The position numbers and the translations under genes were made by a program. From Deltaproteobacteria bacterium (GTDB lineage: Bacteria > Desulfobacterota > Desulfarculia > Adiutricales > Adiutricaceae), in NCBI GenBank assembly GCA_031263485.1, contig JAISFS010000131.1, forward strand, positions 1,626 to 65,625: DNA of 64,000 bases. The letters run 5' to 3'. The notes beneath the pieces are model-generated. The model saw only the letters and a program-made list of their open reading frames with translations. It was not told where the DNA came from and searched no databases. Shown piece after piece: positions 47,642-58,329 of the stretch. The stretch's first letter is position 1. The number at the start of each line of letters is the position of its first letter.

Positions 47642-48340
47642 ATGACGGCAAGCCGCGAGACCGGAACTGGCGATGCCAAGGTGTGCGATCTTCACGCCCA
47701 CAGCTTCCATTCAGACGGAGAGCTGTGTCCGGCGGAACTTGCCCAGCGGGCGAGGCTCAGGGGTTACGCCTACCTGGGGCTCACCGACCACGCCGACCAC
47801 TCCAACCTGGAGGCCCTGGTCAAGGCGGCCGTGGCCGCCGCCGGCCCGCTGTCCTCCGCCTACACCGGCTTTACCGTGATCCCGGGGATCGAGCTTACCC
47901 ACGTCCCCCCCAACCAGATCCCGCGGCTGATCCGCGCGGCGCGGGAGCTGGGCGCCAGGGCGGTGGTGGTCCACGGGGAGAGCCCGGTCGAACCCGTGGA
48001 GCCAGGCACCAACCGCGCGGCCATCGAGGGCGGTTGCGACGTCCTGGCCCACCCGGGCTTCCTGAGCGTCGAGGAGGCCGAGCTCGCCGCCGCCAATGGC
48101 GTTTTCCTGGAGCTCTCGGCCAGGGGCGGCCACAGCCTGACCAACGGCCACGTGGCGGCCGTCGCCATCAAGACGGGGGCCAGGCTCATGGTCAACTCAG
48201 ACGCCCACGCGCCGGGCGATCTGCTCACCGCCGAGTTCCAGCGGAAGATCGCCCTGGGCGCCGGCTTGGACGATGCGCGGTACGAGGCCCTTCTGCGGGA
48301 CGCCTTCGGGCTGGCGCTCAGGCTCTCCGGAGAGGCCTAG
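47642..48340 (+). CDS. PHP-domain phosphoesterase (histidinol-phosphatase-like)
   Basis: DLHAHSFHSDG, GLTDHADH, VVVHGE, and SDAH near the C-terminus. Confidence 0.75.
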   Translation: MTASRETGTGDAKVCDLHAHSFHSDGELCPAELAQRARLRGYAYLGLTDHADHSNLEALVKAAVAAAGPLSSAYTGFTVIPGIELTHVPPNQIPRLIRAARELGARAVVVHGESPVEPVEPGTNRAAIEGGCDVLAHPGFLSVEEAELAAANGVFLELSARGGHSLTNGHVAAVAIKTGARLMVNSDAHAPGDLLTAEFQRKIALGAGLDDARYEALLRDAFGLALRLSGEA

Positions 48341-48639
48341 CCTTCCGCCCCTGATTCAGGCGTGCCGATGGACTGAGTCGGAGACCCGCAAAGCGGCCCG
48401 GAACTTTCCATTCGGTCAGGGTCAAGGCGACGGGGCCCCTAAACCCAGATGATATTTTCGGCGCAGTGCGGAGAGCGTTTCAGGGGTCAAGAAACCCCCG
48501 GGGCGTTGGGCTTTCCGTTGCATGTGTGGCTGAGCCCGAGACCCGGGTTCAGGCGATGCCGGAGCGGATGAGCACAAGAGTGCGATGTTTTGCTTCTCCG
48601 AGGTTACGGGCTAAATCCCGCGGCCAACCTGCCGGGCCT

Positions 48640-48862
48640 TTATCCGAAGCATCGAGCTTTTATCCGAAGCGGCGGACTTTTGAGGCGAAGCGCCGGGTTT
48701 TTGAGGCGAAGCGGCGGGCTTTTGAGGCTAAGCGCCGGGATTTTGCGATGAAGCGCCGGGATTTTGCGATGAAGCGCCGGGATTTTGCGATGAAGCGCCG
48801 GGATTTTGCGATGAAGCACCTGGTTTTTGAGGCTAAGCGCCGGGATTTTGCGATGAAGCGGT
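48640..48862. repeat. 21-bp minisatellite, about 11 units
   Basis: Three unit variants: TATCCGAAGC..., GAGGC.AAGCG.CGGG.TTTT and GCGATGAAGCGCCGGGATTTT. Three consecutive units of the GCGATGAAGCGCCGGGATTTT variant are identical, and the core AAGCGCCGGGATTTTGCGATG occurs four times in a row. Intergenic. Confidence 0.9.
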
Positions 48863-49207
48863 AACCGCCAGGCGCTGGGATTAGGCATTGAAGCGGTTGC
48901 CGTCCAAGAGTCGGACTCAAGCGCCGAAACTCCTCGCCGAGCGCCCGGTGCTTGCGCGGCAGGGCGTCCGCGGGCTTCAGGGCGTCGATGTTCGGGCCGA
49001 AACGCCGGAGAGGGCCGTCGGCCTGAGGGAGGTTGTCAGGGAACAGAGCCGTTCGCGTTTTGCACGTCCGGAAGGACGGCCCTTTTCCCTTCCCCCCGCC
49101 GGGGGGAAGGGAAAAGGGCCCGGATACCCGCATGCGGGCCGCGGGCCCCTGTCCGGGCCCCTGGCCCGCAGGGCCGAGCGGGCCCCAAAACCGGCGGGAG
49201 CGGAGGG

Positions 49208-50182
49208 TTGGCATTGAGGCACACGATCAAGCTGGGCTTTCTGGCGCTCGGGCTGTCCTTCCTTTTCTGGTGGGGCTGGGCCGGGAACTTCCTGTTCACG
49301 CCGGGATCCCTTTTCCGCCTGACCACCTTGAGAGACTACTACGTCTTCACCGTGGGGGGGACGGACATGGGCTACACCCGCCGGGAGGTCGAGGCCGGGG
49401 GGCCTGACCAGGGCTTCTCGATAACCGAGGACTCCCTTGTGCGGCTCGCTTTGCCAGGGCTGGTCGGGGCGTTGACCCGGGGCGGCGCGGCGTCCCCTGG
49501 CACGGCGTTGCACCAGGACGGGGCTGAGGCCCAGGGCGGGGTTGCGTCCCAGGACGGGGCGGCGCCGCAGGGCGTGCCTCCCGAGCTGAGGCTCCGTTCA
49601 GAGGCCACCTACGGTCCTGACGGCAGGCTCAGGTCAGCGCTCTTCACTGTGCCCGGGCTCGAGGGGGCCTCCGCCGAGGCGAAGGTCTCCGAAGGGTCGC
49701 TGGACTTCACGGCGTCCCTGGGCTCGCTTTCCCGCAAGGTGTCCCTGAAGCTCCCCTCCGACGGTCCCGTCCTGGTCTCAGGGGTGGTTCCCTGGCTCTC
49801 CAGGCAACGCGAGGTCCCGTTGGGCAAGGTCCTGTACGTGCGCGTCTTCGATCCCGTGAACATGGACTTCGAGACCGCCCGGCTCACCGTGGAGGACGAC
49901 ACCGAGGCCTCGGAGGAGGTGCAGGTGTTCAAGGTCACGCTCACGATGGACGCGGGGTCCACCACCGAGTGGCTGGACGCGAACGGCAGGCTCCTGAGGC
50001 AGCGCATGGACCGCTTTCAGGCCGGGCTTGATCTCATCGGCGAAGGGGATTCGGCGCGGGCCGAGGCGGAGGGCAGGCTGGACTCGCCTCCGGAGATCCC
50101 TGCCGGGGGCGCCGCCATGACGGAGCTCGCGGCCAGGTATTTCTTGAACATGACGAGGGACGTCTTCGACGGCGGCAAGTGA
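49208..50182 (+). CDS. Hypothetical membrane-anchored protein
   Basis: N-terminal TM helix (LGFLALGLSFLFWWGWAG). The start is TTG at 49208 or 49214; the latter is 6 nt after GGAGGG. Confidence 0.65.
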   Translation: MALRHTIKLGFLALGLSFLFWWGWAGNFLFTPGSLFRLTTLRDYYVFTVGGTDMGYTRREVEAGGPDQGFSITEDSLVRLALPGLVGALTRGGAASPGTALHQDGAEAQGGVASQDGAAPQGVPPELRLRSEATYGPDGRLRSALFTVPGLEGASAEAKVSEGSLDFTASLGSLSRKVSLKLPSDGPVLVSGVVPWLSRQREVPLGKVLYVRVFDPVNMDFETARLTVEDDTEASEEVQVFKVTLTMDAGSTTEWLDANGRLLRQRMDRFQAGLDLIGEGDSARAEAEGRLDSPPEIPAGGAAMTELAARYFLNMTRDVFDGGK

Positions 50183-50526
50183 GCCGCCACTGGGGAACGG
50201 GGCGGCGGCAACGGGCGCCGATGCAGGTCCGGGGACGGCCCCGGCGGGCTTCGCGGGAAGAAAGACTTTGCGGAATGATGGGCCAAGCACGATAATGGGC
50301 TTTGCGGAATTTGGCTTTTCGGCATGCGGCCTCACGCGATGTTGCCTTTCGGCTTACGCCTTACGGAGAGCGGCTTTTCGGCACATGCCCTGCGGAATGC
50401 CGCCATTCGGCATATCGCCTTGGGAATGCGGCCATGCGGAACCAGGGCCAAACGGAACGCGGGGCCTCGCGGTAAAACGGGCTTTCCGGAAAATGGCCTG
50501 ACGGAACAGGGTTTCCAAGGAAGAAA

Positions 50527-51399
50527 ATGATAAGACTGGAAAACGTCACCAAGAGCTACCGTCGGCACAAGGCGGTCTCGGATCTGTCGCTCACCGTGCC
50601 TGCCGGCGAGATCTACGGCTTCCTGGGCCCCAACGGCGCGGGCAAGACCACCACCATCAGGATGCTGGCCGGGGCGCTCGCCCCCACCTCGGGGTCCATC
50701 CACCTGGGGGGCTTCGATCTTGCCCGCAGGCCCAAGGAGGCCAAGTCGATCCTGGGCTACATCCCCGACCGGCCATTCCTCTACGAGAAGCTCTCGGGCT
50801 GGGAGTTCCTGATCTTCAATGCAGACCTCTACAAGGTGCCCAAGGCCGTCGCGGAGGAGAAGGCCCGGGAACTCCTCGAGCTCTTCGAGCTGTGGGACTG
50901 GCGGGACGAGCTCATCGAGAACTACTCCCACGGCATGAAGCAGCGGCTCATCATGGCCGGAGCGCTTCTGCCGTCCCCGAAGATCCTGGTGGTGGACGAG
51001 CCCATGGTGGGCCTGGACCCTCGGGGCGCCAAGCTCGTCATGGACATCTTCAAGACCATGGCCCGCCGCGACAAGGTGGCGGTCTTCATCTCCACCCACA
51101 CCATGAGCCTCGCCTCCCGGCTCTGCGACCGCATCGGCATCATCTCCCGGGGCGCCCTCATCGCCGAGGGCGCGGAGGACGAGCTGAGGATCCAGGCCGG
51201 AGCCAGGGGCGGGGACCTGGAGGATCTGTTCCTGGATCTCACCTCCGACACCGGGGTCCCGTCTTTGGGAGGGACGGAATCTCCGGTCGATGCCAAGGCG
51301 AAAGGCGGGGCCGCGGGCGGCGGAGTGACCGATGCCCCCTTGCCCGGCGAGAGCGCCGGCGGGCCGGACGGCGAGAGCGTCGGCGGAGGGAGGGCCTGA
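50527..51399 (+). CDS. ABC transporter ATP-binding protein
   Basis: Walker A GPNGAGKTT, signature SHGMKQR, Walker B ILVVDEP. Confidence 0.9.
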   Translation: MIRLENVTKSYRRHKAVSDLSLTVPAGEIYGFLGPNGAGKTTTIRMLAGALAPTSGSIHLGGFDLARRPKEAKSILGYIPDRPFLYEKLSGWEFLIFNADLYKVPKAVAEEKARELLELFELWDWRDELIENYSHGMKQRLIMAGALLPSPKILVVDEPMVGLDPRGAKLVMDIFKTMARRDKVAVFISTHTMSLASRLCDRIGIISRGALIAEGAEDELRIQAGARGGDLEDLFLDLTSDTGVPSLGGTESPVDAKAKGGAAGGGVTDAPLPGESAGGPDGESVGGGRA

Positions 51400-51402
51400 G
51401 GC

Positions 51403-53223
51403 ATGTTCCGGGAATTCCTCACGCTGCTGAAACCGGCCCGCCTGAGCTTCTATAACTACATAAAGGATCCCGGCCCGGGCGGACGCATCAAGATAGTCTC
51501 GCTGGGCCTCTTCACGATGGCGCTGTGGGCCGCGCTCTTCCTCCTGTCGGTCCGGGTCATCCGCTCCTTCTACACGGTCGAGGGATTCGGGGACATCCTC
51601 TCCTACAAGACCTTCGGACTCCTGTGGCTCTCGGGCGCGGCGCTCCTGGTATTCTCGGCCTTCATCACAGCGCTGTCCAACTTCTACCTGTCCCGGGACC
51701 TCTCGCTCCTCATGGCCGCGCCGGTGGACCGCGAGAGCGTCTTCTGGGCCAGATCCGTCCAGAGCCTGGTCTCCAGCGCCTGGATGCCCGTGGCCTTCCT
51801 GGTGCCGGTCTTCGTCGCCTTCGGTTACGCATTCAAGGCCGAGGCCCTGTATTACGCCCTCATCATCCCTACCGCGCTCCCGGTAGTGCTCACCGCGTCC
51901 TTCCTCTCGCAGACCCTGGTGATCCTGCTCGTGAACGTGCTTCCCGCCAGGCGCACCCGGGACATCGTGAGTCTTCTGGGGCTTCTGGGCTTCGCGGCGC
52001 TCTATATGGTCTTCAGGCTCCTGAGGCCGGAGCAACTGGTGAACCCCGAGAGCTTCAGGTCCGTAGCGGGGTATCTGGCCTCGCTCCAGACGCCCACCTC
52101 CCCCATGTTCCCAACCACCTGGGCCCAGGATCTGCTCTGGCCCCTTCTGGGCGGGAGCGTCGGGGACTACCGCGCAATCTACCTCGCGCTCCTGTGGGTG
52201 ATGGCCGGGGTCTGCGGGGTGATGTCCAGCTACGCCGCGCATTTCCTGTACTGGGCCGGCTACAACAAGTCCCAGGAGGGCGCGGGCCGCCAGAAGGCGG
52301 GCGGGCTCCTGAACCTCCTTTCGGGGGCGTTCCGGCTCATCAAGAGCCAGGAGGCCAGGGCCATCGCCGTCAAGGACTTCAAGATCTTCTTCAGGGACCA
52401 CACCCAGTGGTCGCAGCTCTTTCTTTTGGGTGCCCTGATGATCATCTACCTCTACAACTTCTCGGTCCTGAACCTCAAGCGCTACCCGCTCCAGGCCTTC
52501 TTCCTGGAAAACGTGCTGGCCTTCCTGAACGTGGGGCTGGTGGGGCTCGTGAGCGCCACGCTTTCGCTCAGGTTCGCCTTCCCTTCCATCTCCGCCGAAG
52601 GCTACTCCTACTGGATCGTGCGCTCGTCCCCCATGTCGGTGAGGGACTTCATGCACGAAAAGCTCTACTTCTGGCTGGTCCCCATCATGTGCGTGGCGCT
52701 CACGCTCACCTGGCTCACCAGCCGGTTCCTGGACGCCGCGCCCGCCATGGCGGCCACGGCCTTCGTGCTCACGCTCCTTCTGACCCCCGGGCTCTGCGCG
52801 CTGGGCGTGGGCCTGGGCTCGCGCTTCCCCCGCTTCGACACCGAGAACCTCGCCCAGGTGCCCACCGGATACGGGGGCCTCATCTTCATGGTGTCGTCCA
52901 GCCTGTCGCTCCTGGCCATCATCGGCATCTCGGCCTGGCCCGTGGTGCGCTACATCAGGATCCGGCGCGGCTGGGCGCACTTCGGACTGAAGGAGGGCAT
53001 CCTCATCCCCCTTCTGGCGTTGACGGTCCTGGCCCTGGTCTGGCTCCTGTGGCGCCGCCCCATGAAGATAGGCCGCGAGGCCCTGGAGATCTACGACGAG
53101 GAGACCCGGAGCCTTGACCGGCCCGAGGACCCGGGCGCCCTCGCCGAAGACGGGGTGGACATGGCTAAAGCCCTGCCCGCTCCCGACCGCCGCAGGGCCG
53201 AGGCCTCCGCCGACAGGCCCTGA
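51403..53223 (+). CDS. Polytopic membrane protein, putative ABC exporter permease
   Basis: It starts 4 nt after the ATPase stop. It has many hydrophobic segments over 606 aa. The permease role is inferred from position. Confidence 0.7.
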   Translation: MFREFLTLLKPARLSFYNYIKDPGPGGRIKIVSLGLFTMALWAALFLLSVRVIRSFYTVEGFGDILSYKTFGLLWLSGAALLVFSAFITALSNFYLSRDLSLLMAAPVDRESVFWARSVQSLVSSAWMPVAFLVPVFVAFGYAFKAEALYYALIIPTALPVVLTASFLSQTLVILLVNVLPARRTRDIVSLLGLLGFAALYMVFRLLRPEQLVNPESFRSVAGYLASLQTPTSPMFPTTWAQDLLWPLLGGSVGDYRAIYLALLWVMAGVCGVMSSYAAHFLYWAGYNKSQEGAGRQKAGGLLNLLSGAFRLIKSQEARAIAVKDFKIFFRDHTQWSQLFLLGALMIIYLYNFSVLNLKRYPLQAFFLENVLAFLNVGLVGLVSATLSLRFAFPSISAEGYSYWIVRSSPMSVRDFMHEKLYFWLVPIMCVALTLTWLTSRFLDAAPAMAATAFVLTLLLTPGLCALGVGLGSRFPRFDTENLAQVPTGYGGLIFMVSSSLSLLAIIGISAWPVVRYIRIRRGWAHFGLKEGILIPLLALTVLALVWLLWRRPMKIGREALEIYDEETRSLDRPEDPGALAEDGVDMAKALPAPDRRRAEASADRP

Positions 53224-53770
53224 ACTCTGCCGGGGCGGGACGCGACAAGAGGCGAGGCGTATTCCGATGCGGGAACTCGCAGTTCGGGTCATGCCGCGTT
53301 CTGGATTTTCCTGGCGTTCTTTCGTGCCGTTCTTTCGTGCCGTTCAGGCCATGTTAGCGATTTCGGGAATCGGATCCCGTAAACGGTACCGCGTTCGGCA
53401 GTTCCCGTTGGCTTCGGCCCGCCGATTCATGTTTCGGCCCCCGGTACCGGACTGCCGAGCCGTTGTCCGACAGCCCCGTTGTCCGGTAGCCCCATCGCCA
53501 GGTCACGTGGCCGCGCGGCTCCGCGTTCCCTCCCCTCGCTCGTTTACCTTTCCCCGTCTGCGGGCGGGCTTCCGTTACGACATGGAGAAAGCTTGACGCC
53601 CCCTGCCGCTGACACGACGAAGCATGATGACTCCTTGCCTGCGGCTTATCCGCCTGAGGAAACGGGCCTATCGCATGACGAATTCCTGACGTTTGGCATG
53701 TTTATTGTTGTTCTCTCTTGTACGCTTCTGGGCACGTTGCCTTGCCTCCGAAGCTTTCCTGGCATCAGAT

Positions 53771-53808
53771 CCGCCCGCGCCTTCCTTAGAAAGGGGCGGT
53801 TTTTTTTT
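53771..53808 (+). terminator. Putative intrinsic terminator (CCGCCC...GGGCGG followed by T9)
   Basis: 6-bp GC stem, 17-nt loop, nine T. It lies about 550 nt after the permease stop with no convincing ORF between. Confidence 0.35.
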
Positions 53809-53939
53809 GCCGTATGGACGGGCCTACTCCTGGCCCGGGTCCATGCGGCCTTCTTTTGCCTTGAGGGGCCCTGGCGGTGACCGAAGCCCCGCAGAAGGAC
53901 GGCGCCAGGCCGGTTAGCCGCGTCCCGCGCCGTTTCTTC

Positions 53940-54686
53940 ATGAACTGGCCAGCGATCCTGGCCTGGATCGCGAAGCTCGTAAGCCGCCTCGCGCGATATA
54001 GGATCGTGGGCGATCCCTTGCCGGAGCGCTCCCCGGTCATCTACGTCACGTGGCACTCAGAGGAGATCACGATGCTCCCCAAGTGCGGCTTCACCAGGGG
54101 CACGGTCATGGTCTCCAACTCCAAGGACGGGGACATCCTGGCCGCCGTGATCGAGCGCTGGGGCTACCGCGCGTGCCGAGGGTCGTCCTCCAGGGGGGCG
54201 GCGGCGGCGCTTCTCTCGCTCCGCAAGGCGCTGGAGCGAGGCGAGAACATCATCCTGGCCGTGGACGGCCCGCGTGGCCCGCGCCACGAGGCCAAACCCG
54301 GCGCCTTCTACCTCGCGGCCCGCACGGGTGCCTGGATCTGCCCCGTGGGGGTCGCGGTCTCGCGGGCCTACGTCTTCAAGAAGAGCTGGTCGCGCTCCCG
54401 GGTGCCGCTCCCTTTCTCGCGGGTGGCGGCGGTGTTCGGGGAGCTGTACCGCCCGGAGGGCGGGGAGCTGGAACTCTCGCGGGAGGACCAGTGCGCCGCG
54501 GTGAAGTCGCTTCTTGACAAGGCCACCGCAGAGGCACAACAAGCGCTGGAAAACTGGCGCCTGCCTTGCACCAGATACCCCCGAGAACGGTCGGACGCCG
54601 CACGGGGCCAAGGGAACCCGCCGGATGTGGCCGGACGGAGGGAAGAGCATGGACAGGAACGGGAACCAGGCGAGGCTGACTCGTGA
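53940..54686 (+). CDS. DUF374-family protein (lysophospholipid acyltransferase-like)
   Basis: WHSE...VSNSKDGDILA...RGSSSRGAAAAL...AVDGPRGPRHE.KPGA..LA..TG. GTG 53877 is an alternative start. Confidence 0.75.
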   Translation: MNWPAILAWIAKLVSRLARYRIVGDPLPERSPVIYVTWHSEEITMLPKCGFTRGTVMVSNSKDGDILAAVIERWGYRACRGSSSRGAAAALLSLRKALERGENIILAVDGPRGPRHEAKPGAFYLAARTGAWICPVGVAVSRAYVFKKSWSRSRVPLPFSRVAAVFGELYRPEGGELELSREDQCAAVKSLLDKATAEAQQALENWRLPCTRYPRERSDAARGQGNPPDVAGRREEHGQEREPGEADS

Positions 54687-56481
54687 GGCGATGAGACTGG
54701 CGGAGGAGGCGGCGAGGGCGATCCGGGACACGCTTGAGGCGTTCCCCGAGGTCGCGGTCGGTTTCGCGAAGGCCATCGGGGCGTCAGGCCCGGGACCCAG
54801 GGGACCGGTCGACCGGACCGCCGGGGCGGCCCGCGCGCTAACGGTCGACTTCGCCCGGGTCGTAGGGGCCGCCGGTCCGGGGCCCAAGCGCCCTACGTGC
54901 CGGGGCGCCGCGGCGGCCCTCGGCGCCAAGGGTGGCGGCAGCTCCGCAATCCGTCGGCTGGGGGAACCTGAGAGCGTGAGGATTATCTCGACCGGCGCCA
55001 AGGTCCCTGCGGAGGCGGTCAGGATTTCCGTCACGGGGACAGACCCTCCCGCGATATCAGTACGGAAGCCAGGCGTCCCGGCGAATACCGTCCCCGGGTC
55101 GGGCGTCTCTATGAAATCCGTCCCCGAGGCGGGCGGAGAGGGCGCTGTGCCCGCCGGCTCCCGTTGTCCCGGCATAATCGCGCTGTTCACGGAGCCGTTG
55201 CGGCGGCCTGCGGCCCTGGCCGCGCTCCTGGCGGGGATCCTGGCGGCGTTGGTGGCGGCGGCCCCGGCACTCATGGCGTCCCAGGACGTCCTGGACGCGA
55301 CCGAGCTCTTCCGGCTGGGCGTTTCCGCGGACACCGCATCCGTTCTTATGGCCGAGTCGCTCATGCCGAGGGCCAGGCCCGCCATCTCGCCGGGGTTCGC
55401 GAGGGGGCTGGCCCGTCACGGCGGGGACCCGCTGCTGAGAGCCTATCTGGATCTGGACTCCGAGACCCGCTACGATGCCGACCCTTCCCTGTCCAGGGCG
55501 GAGGTGGAGCGCATGATGGAGCGCGGGGACTCCCCGGAGGAAATCATCGAACGCATCGACGGGGCGCGCCTCGGACGCCGGTCTGGCGGCTCGGCGGCCG
55601 CGCTCGCGGCCCCGCCCGCTGTGCAGGTGGCGGCCCGTGCCGGAAGCAACACGCACGCCCCCGCGGCAGGGGATCACGATGCGGAGGACGGCATACTGGA
55701 GGAGGATCTCCCCGGCGACTTCAACAACATAGGCCCGCCTCTCGCGGCTGGAGCGGCGGCTGGCGCGGCCGGCGCGGCCGCTTTTTCGGGTTCGGGCCCG
55801 GGCGTCGCAAACGGCGCGGGCGCGGCGGCTTCAGTCGCAGGAGCGTCAGGGGCTAATGTCCCGTCCTCCAACGTTCCGGGCTCCAATGTCCCTTCTTCCA
55901 GCTTCCCGACCAACAATGTCCCGGCATCCAACGTTCCGGCGTCTGCCCTTTCCCCGCCCGCTTCGACCCCGGGCTCTGCGGCGGAAGCGGCCGAGGCAAG
56001 TTTCGCCTATGAGGAGTTCCAGTCCGGGGCGGCGGCTTTCGCGCCCGAGTCGGCGGCCAACATGCCCGAGCCTGCCGCAAGCAAGGGCGCCGCGGAGTCC
56101 GTGGCATCGGCAGAGGGTGCCTTGGGGCTCGGAAACGCCGGGTCCAGTTTCGCGGACAGTGTCCCGCCGCGGCCCGAGGCGTCGCCGGGAGCAGTGCCCG
56201 CAGAACCTGCTGCGGCCGTGCCGTCTGCCGAAGCCGCCGCCGATGAGGCGCCAGAGGCCATGGGGAGCCTTGAAACACATGGGACGCCGTTTCCCGTGAG
56301 GGAGCCAGAGGAGGACGACGGTTTCTTCATGGGCACCTTCCAGAAAGTCGCCCCGGACGGCCACCGCGTGCTGGTCCATCGCAACGTCCGTGCCGGCGGC
56401 CAAGGTACGGCCATAGAATCGACCCCCGACGGCCGCAAGTTGCGCCGGTCCTTCAGCTGGTCCGCGGATGGGAGCTGGTAG
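54649..56481 (+). CDS. Hypothetical Ala/Pro/Gly-rich protein with one TM segment
   Basis: ATG lies 6 nt after GGAGGG. TM segment ALAALLAGILAALVAAAPALMA. It has an SNVP-type short repeat. It overlaps the DUF374 gene end by 38 nt. Confidence 0.55.
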   Translation: MDRNGNQARLTREAMRLAEEAARAIRDTLEAFPEVAVGFAKAIGASGPGPRGPVDRTAGAARALTVDFARVVGAAGPGPKRPTCRGAAAALGAKGGGSSAIRRLGEPESVRIISTGAKVPAEAVRISVTGTDPPAISVRKPGVPANTVPGSGVSMKSVPEAGGEGAVPAGSRCPGIIALFTEPLRRPAALAALLAGILAALVAAAPALMASQDVLDATELFRLGVSADTASVLMAESLMPRARPAISPGFARGLARHGGDPLLRAYLDLDSETRYDADPSLSRAEVERMMERGDSPEEIIERIDGARLGRRSGGSAAALAAPPAVQVAARAGSNTHAPAAGDHDAEDGILEEDLPGDFNNIGPPLAAGAAAGAAGAAAFSGSGPGVANGAGAAASVAGASGANVPSSNVPGSNVPSSSFPTNNVPASNVPASALSPPASTPGSAAEAAEASFAYEEFQSGAAAFAPESAANMPEPAASKGAAESVASAEGALGLGNAGSSFADSVPPRPEASPGAVPAEPAAAVPSAEAAADEAPEAMGSLETHGTPFPVREPEEDDGFFMGTFQKVAPDGHRVLVHRNVRAGGQGTAIESTPDGRKLRRSFSWSADGSW

Positions 56482-57445
56482 CGCCTTCCGCCGCCTTTTT
56501 CGACGTGCTCCGACGGACTTGTACCCATGAATGGCCCTTACGGCGTCTCATCTGGTTAATCGGTGCGTGAAGCGACGCTTTCACGTTGAGTGGGCCGTTG
56601 CCTTCGCGGCAAGGCGACGGTCTGAAGATTTTGGCCTGATCATCATGGGGTTCTTTGTCTTCCGGTAGCGGCTCAGTTGGCTCCGCCAGGCTGTCCGAGG
56701 CGTCGCCGGTGGCGAGTTTTGGGAAATCGGACTCGCCCGATCCGAACCTGACGGCAGGGAGTCAGACTTGAAACCGGACGGCATTCGCGGCGCCCCTGCT
56801 GACCGAACCGTCGAGAAGGCAACGACGGGTGAGCCTTGTCCCGACGGTTTTTCACGCTATCGCTCACCATGTCTCCCGGTGATCGTCAGCCGCTCTCTCC
56901 GTGGCGGTGCAGTTTGCTTCGTCCGGGAGGATATGGGGTCGTTTCAGTTGAATCAAGCGTGATTGCAGGCCGCTCTCTCGTTCGCCCCCGTGAGGCGAGG
57001 TGAACGGATACGCCTCTTCTTTCCGGAAATTCCGTGACCGGTCACACCTTATGATCAGATCGGGTCCTTTGGGACGTCCGTCAAGCGGGAGTCCCTGAGG
57101 CCTCACGATATCCGGGCCAATCCTTCAAAATCTCCCCCTCTTTGGCTTGCGTCAGACCTCCCCGAAGCATTAAAATACGTCCCAGACACGCCTTTCGGAT
57201 CGGAAGTCGCAACTTCGAGTGCGATGCCCCTTATCCTTTTCTTTTTCTCTTTGAGGCGGAAAATGCACCGACGGGCGGGCTTGCCGCCGTAAATCTGCCG
57301 GAAGGCGTGGAATCTGGGCCTAAGATTCCCTGTTTCCTGTACCGGACTCCGGTACCGATGTCAGGCATGCCGCCATTCGATGGCAACTTTGCGGAACCCT
57401 GACGCGTGAGAGAGTCGCCATACGGTTGTTTCCCGGAGGATGAGG

Positions 57446-58269
57446 ATGCTTCTTCAAGAGCTTTTGAAGGAAATCGACAGGAACCGATCGCTGTTGCAGG
57501 CTCGGAAAGAGATGAAAGACATTGAGAAAAGGATGTTCGATTACTATTACCGTATCCTTAACACTTATTCCTCTAACTCCGTGGAGGGAAACTCGCTGTC
57601 GTTGATCGAAACGAAATTATGGCTGGAAGAAGGTCTTACCGCCGCCGGAAAGACCCGCAACGAGCTGAATGAGGCGGACGGCCACTCTAAAGCGTTCAAT
57701 GTCATGCTGGATATCGCCAGGAAAAATTCAATCAACGTCATTTCAAACGATCTGCTGGATATATTGACGACTCTCCATCGGAATTTATACGAGCTAATAA
57801 ATCCCCGATCGCCGGGTTTTACCGCGATCACGACATAATCGTTTCCGGATCCAAGCTCGAACGCCCGGGTCCGCATTTGCTCGCAGAGCACATGGACATG
57901 TTCCGCGATTCATTTATGGCGAAAAGGAAAGCCCTTCATCCGGTCGTCCTGGTTGCCTATGCACATTTGGAGCTTGTTCAAATCCACCCTTTCCATGACG
58001 GCAACGGAAGGACTTCCAGGCTGCTGATGAACCTTGTCCTTGTCAACAAAGGATTCCAAATCATAAGTTTCGACAAGGATGACAGATTCAGATATTATCA
58101 AGCCCTTGAAACTTCATATTTCGGGGATCCCGTCAACAATGAATTTGCTGATTTTATCGCCGAGATGGAGCTGAACGCCCAGAAGTTTCATATAAAACTG
58201 CTCAACATTGAGTACCCCGGACCCTGCATCCCGGAACAAGGAGACGGGAATCGCGGCCCTAAGCCGTAG
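57446..58269 (+). pseudogene. Class II Fic-domain gene with a frameshift
   Basis: N-terminal inhibitory-type motif SNSVEG. After a frame change near 57805-57812 the reading continues AGFYRDHDIIVSGS... to HPFHDGNGRTSR (Fic core motif). Two ORF-track pieces, 57440-57838 and 57877-58269. Confidence 0.75.
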
Positions 58270-58329
58270 CCGGGTAGCTGTTCGGAAGTTCGGTTCCGTC
58301 GATTACATGGTGAAAAGCGCGATGACAGT

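Noticed and set aside
48640-48862. Possible CRISPR array
   Set aside because: The 21-bp units are directly adjacent with no unique spacers, and no cas genes are present. It is a minisatellite.
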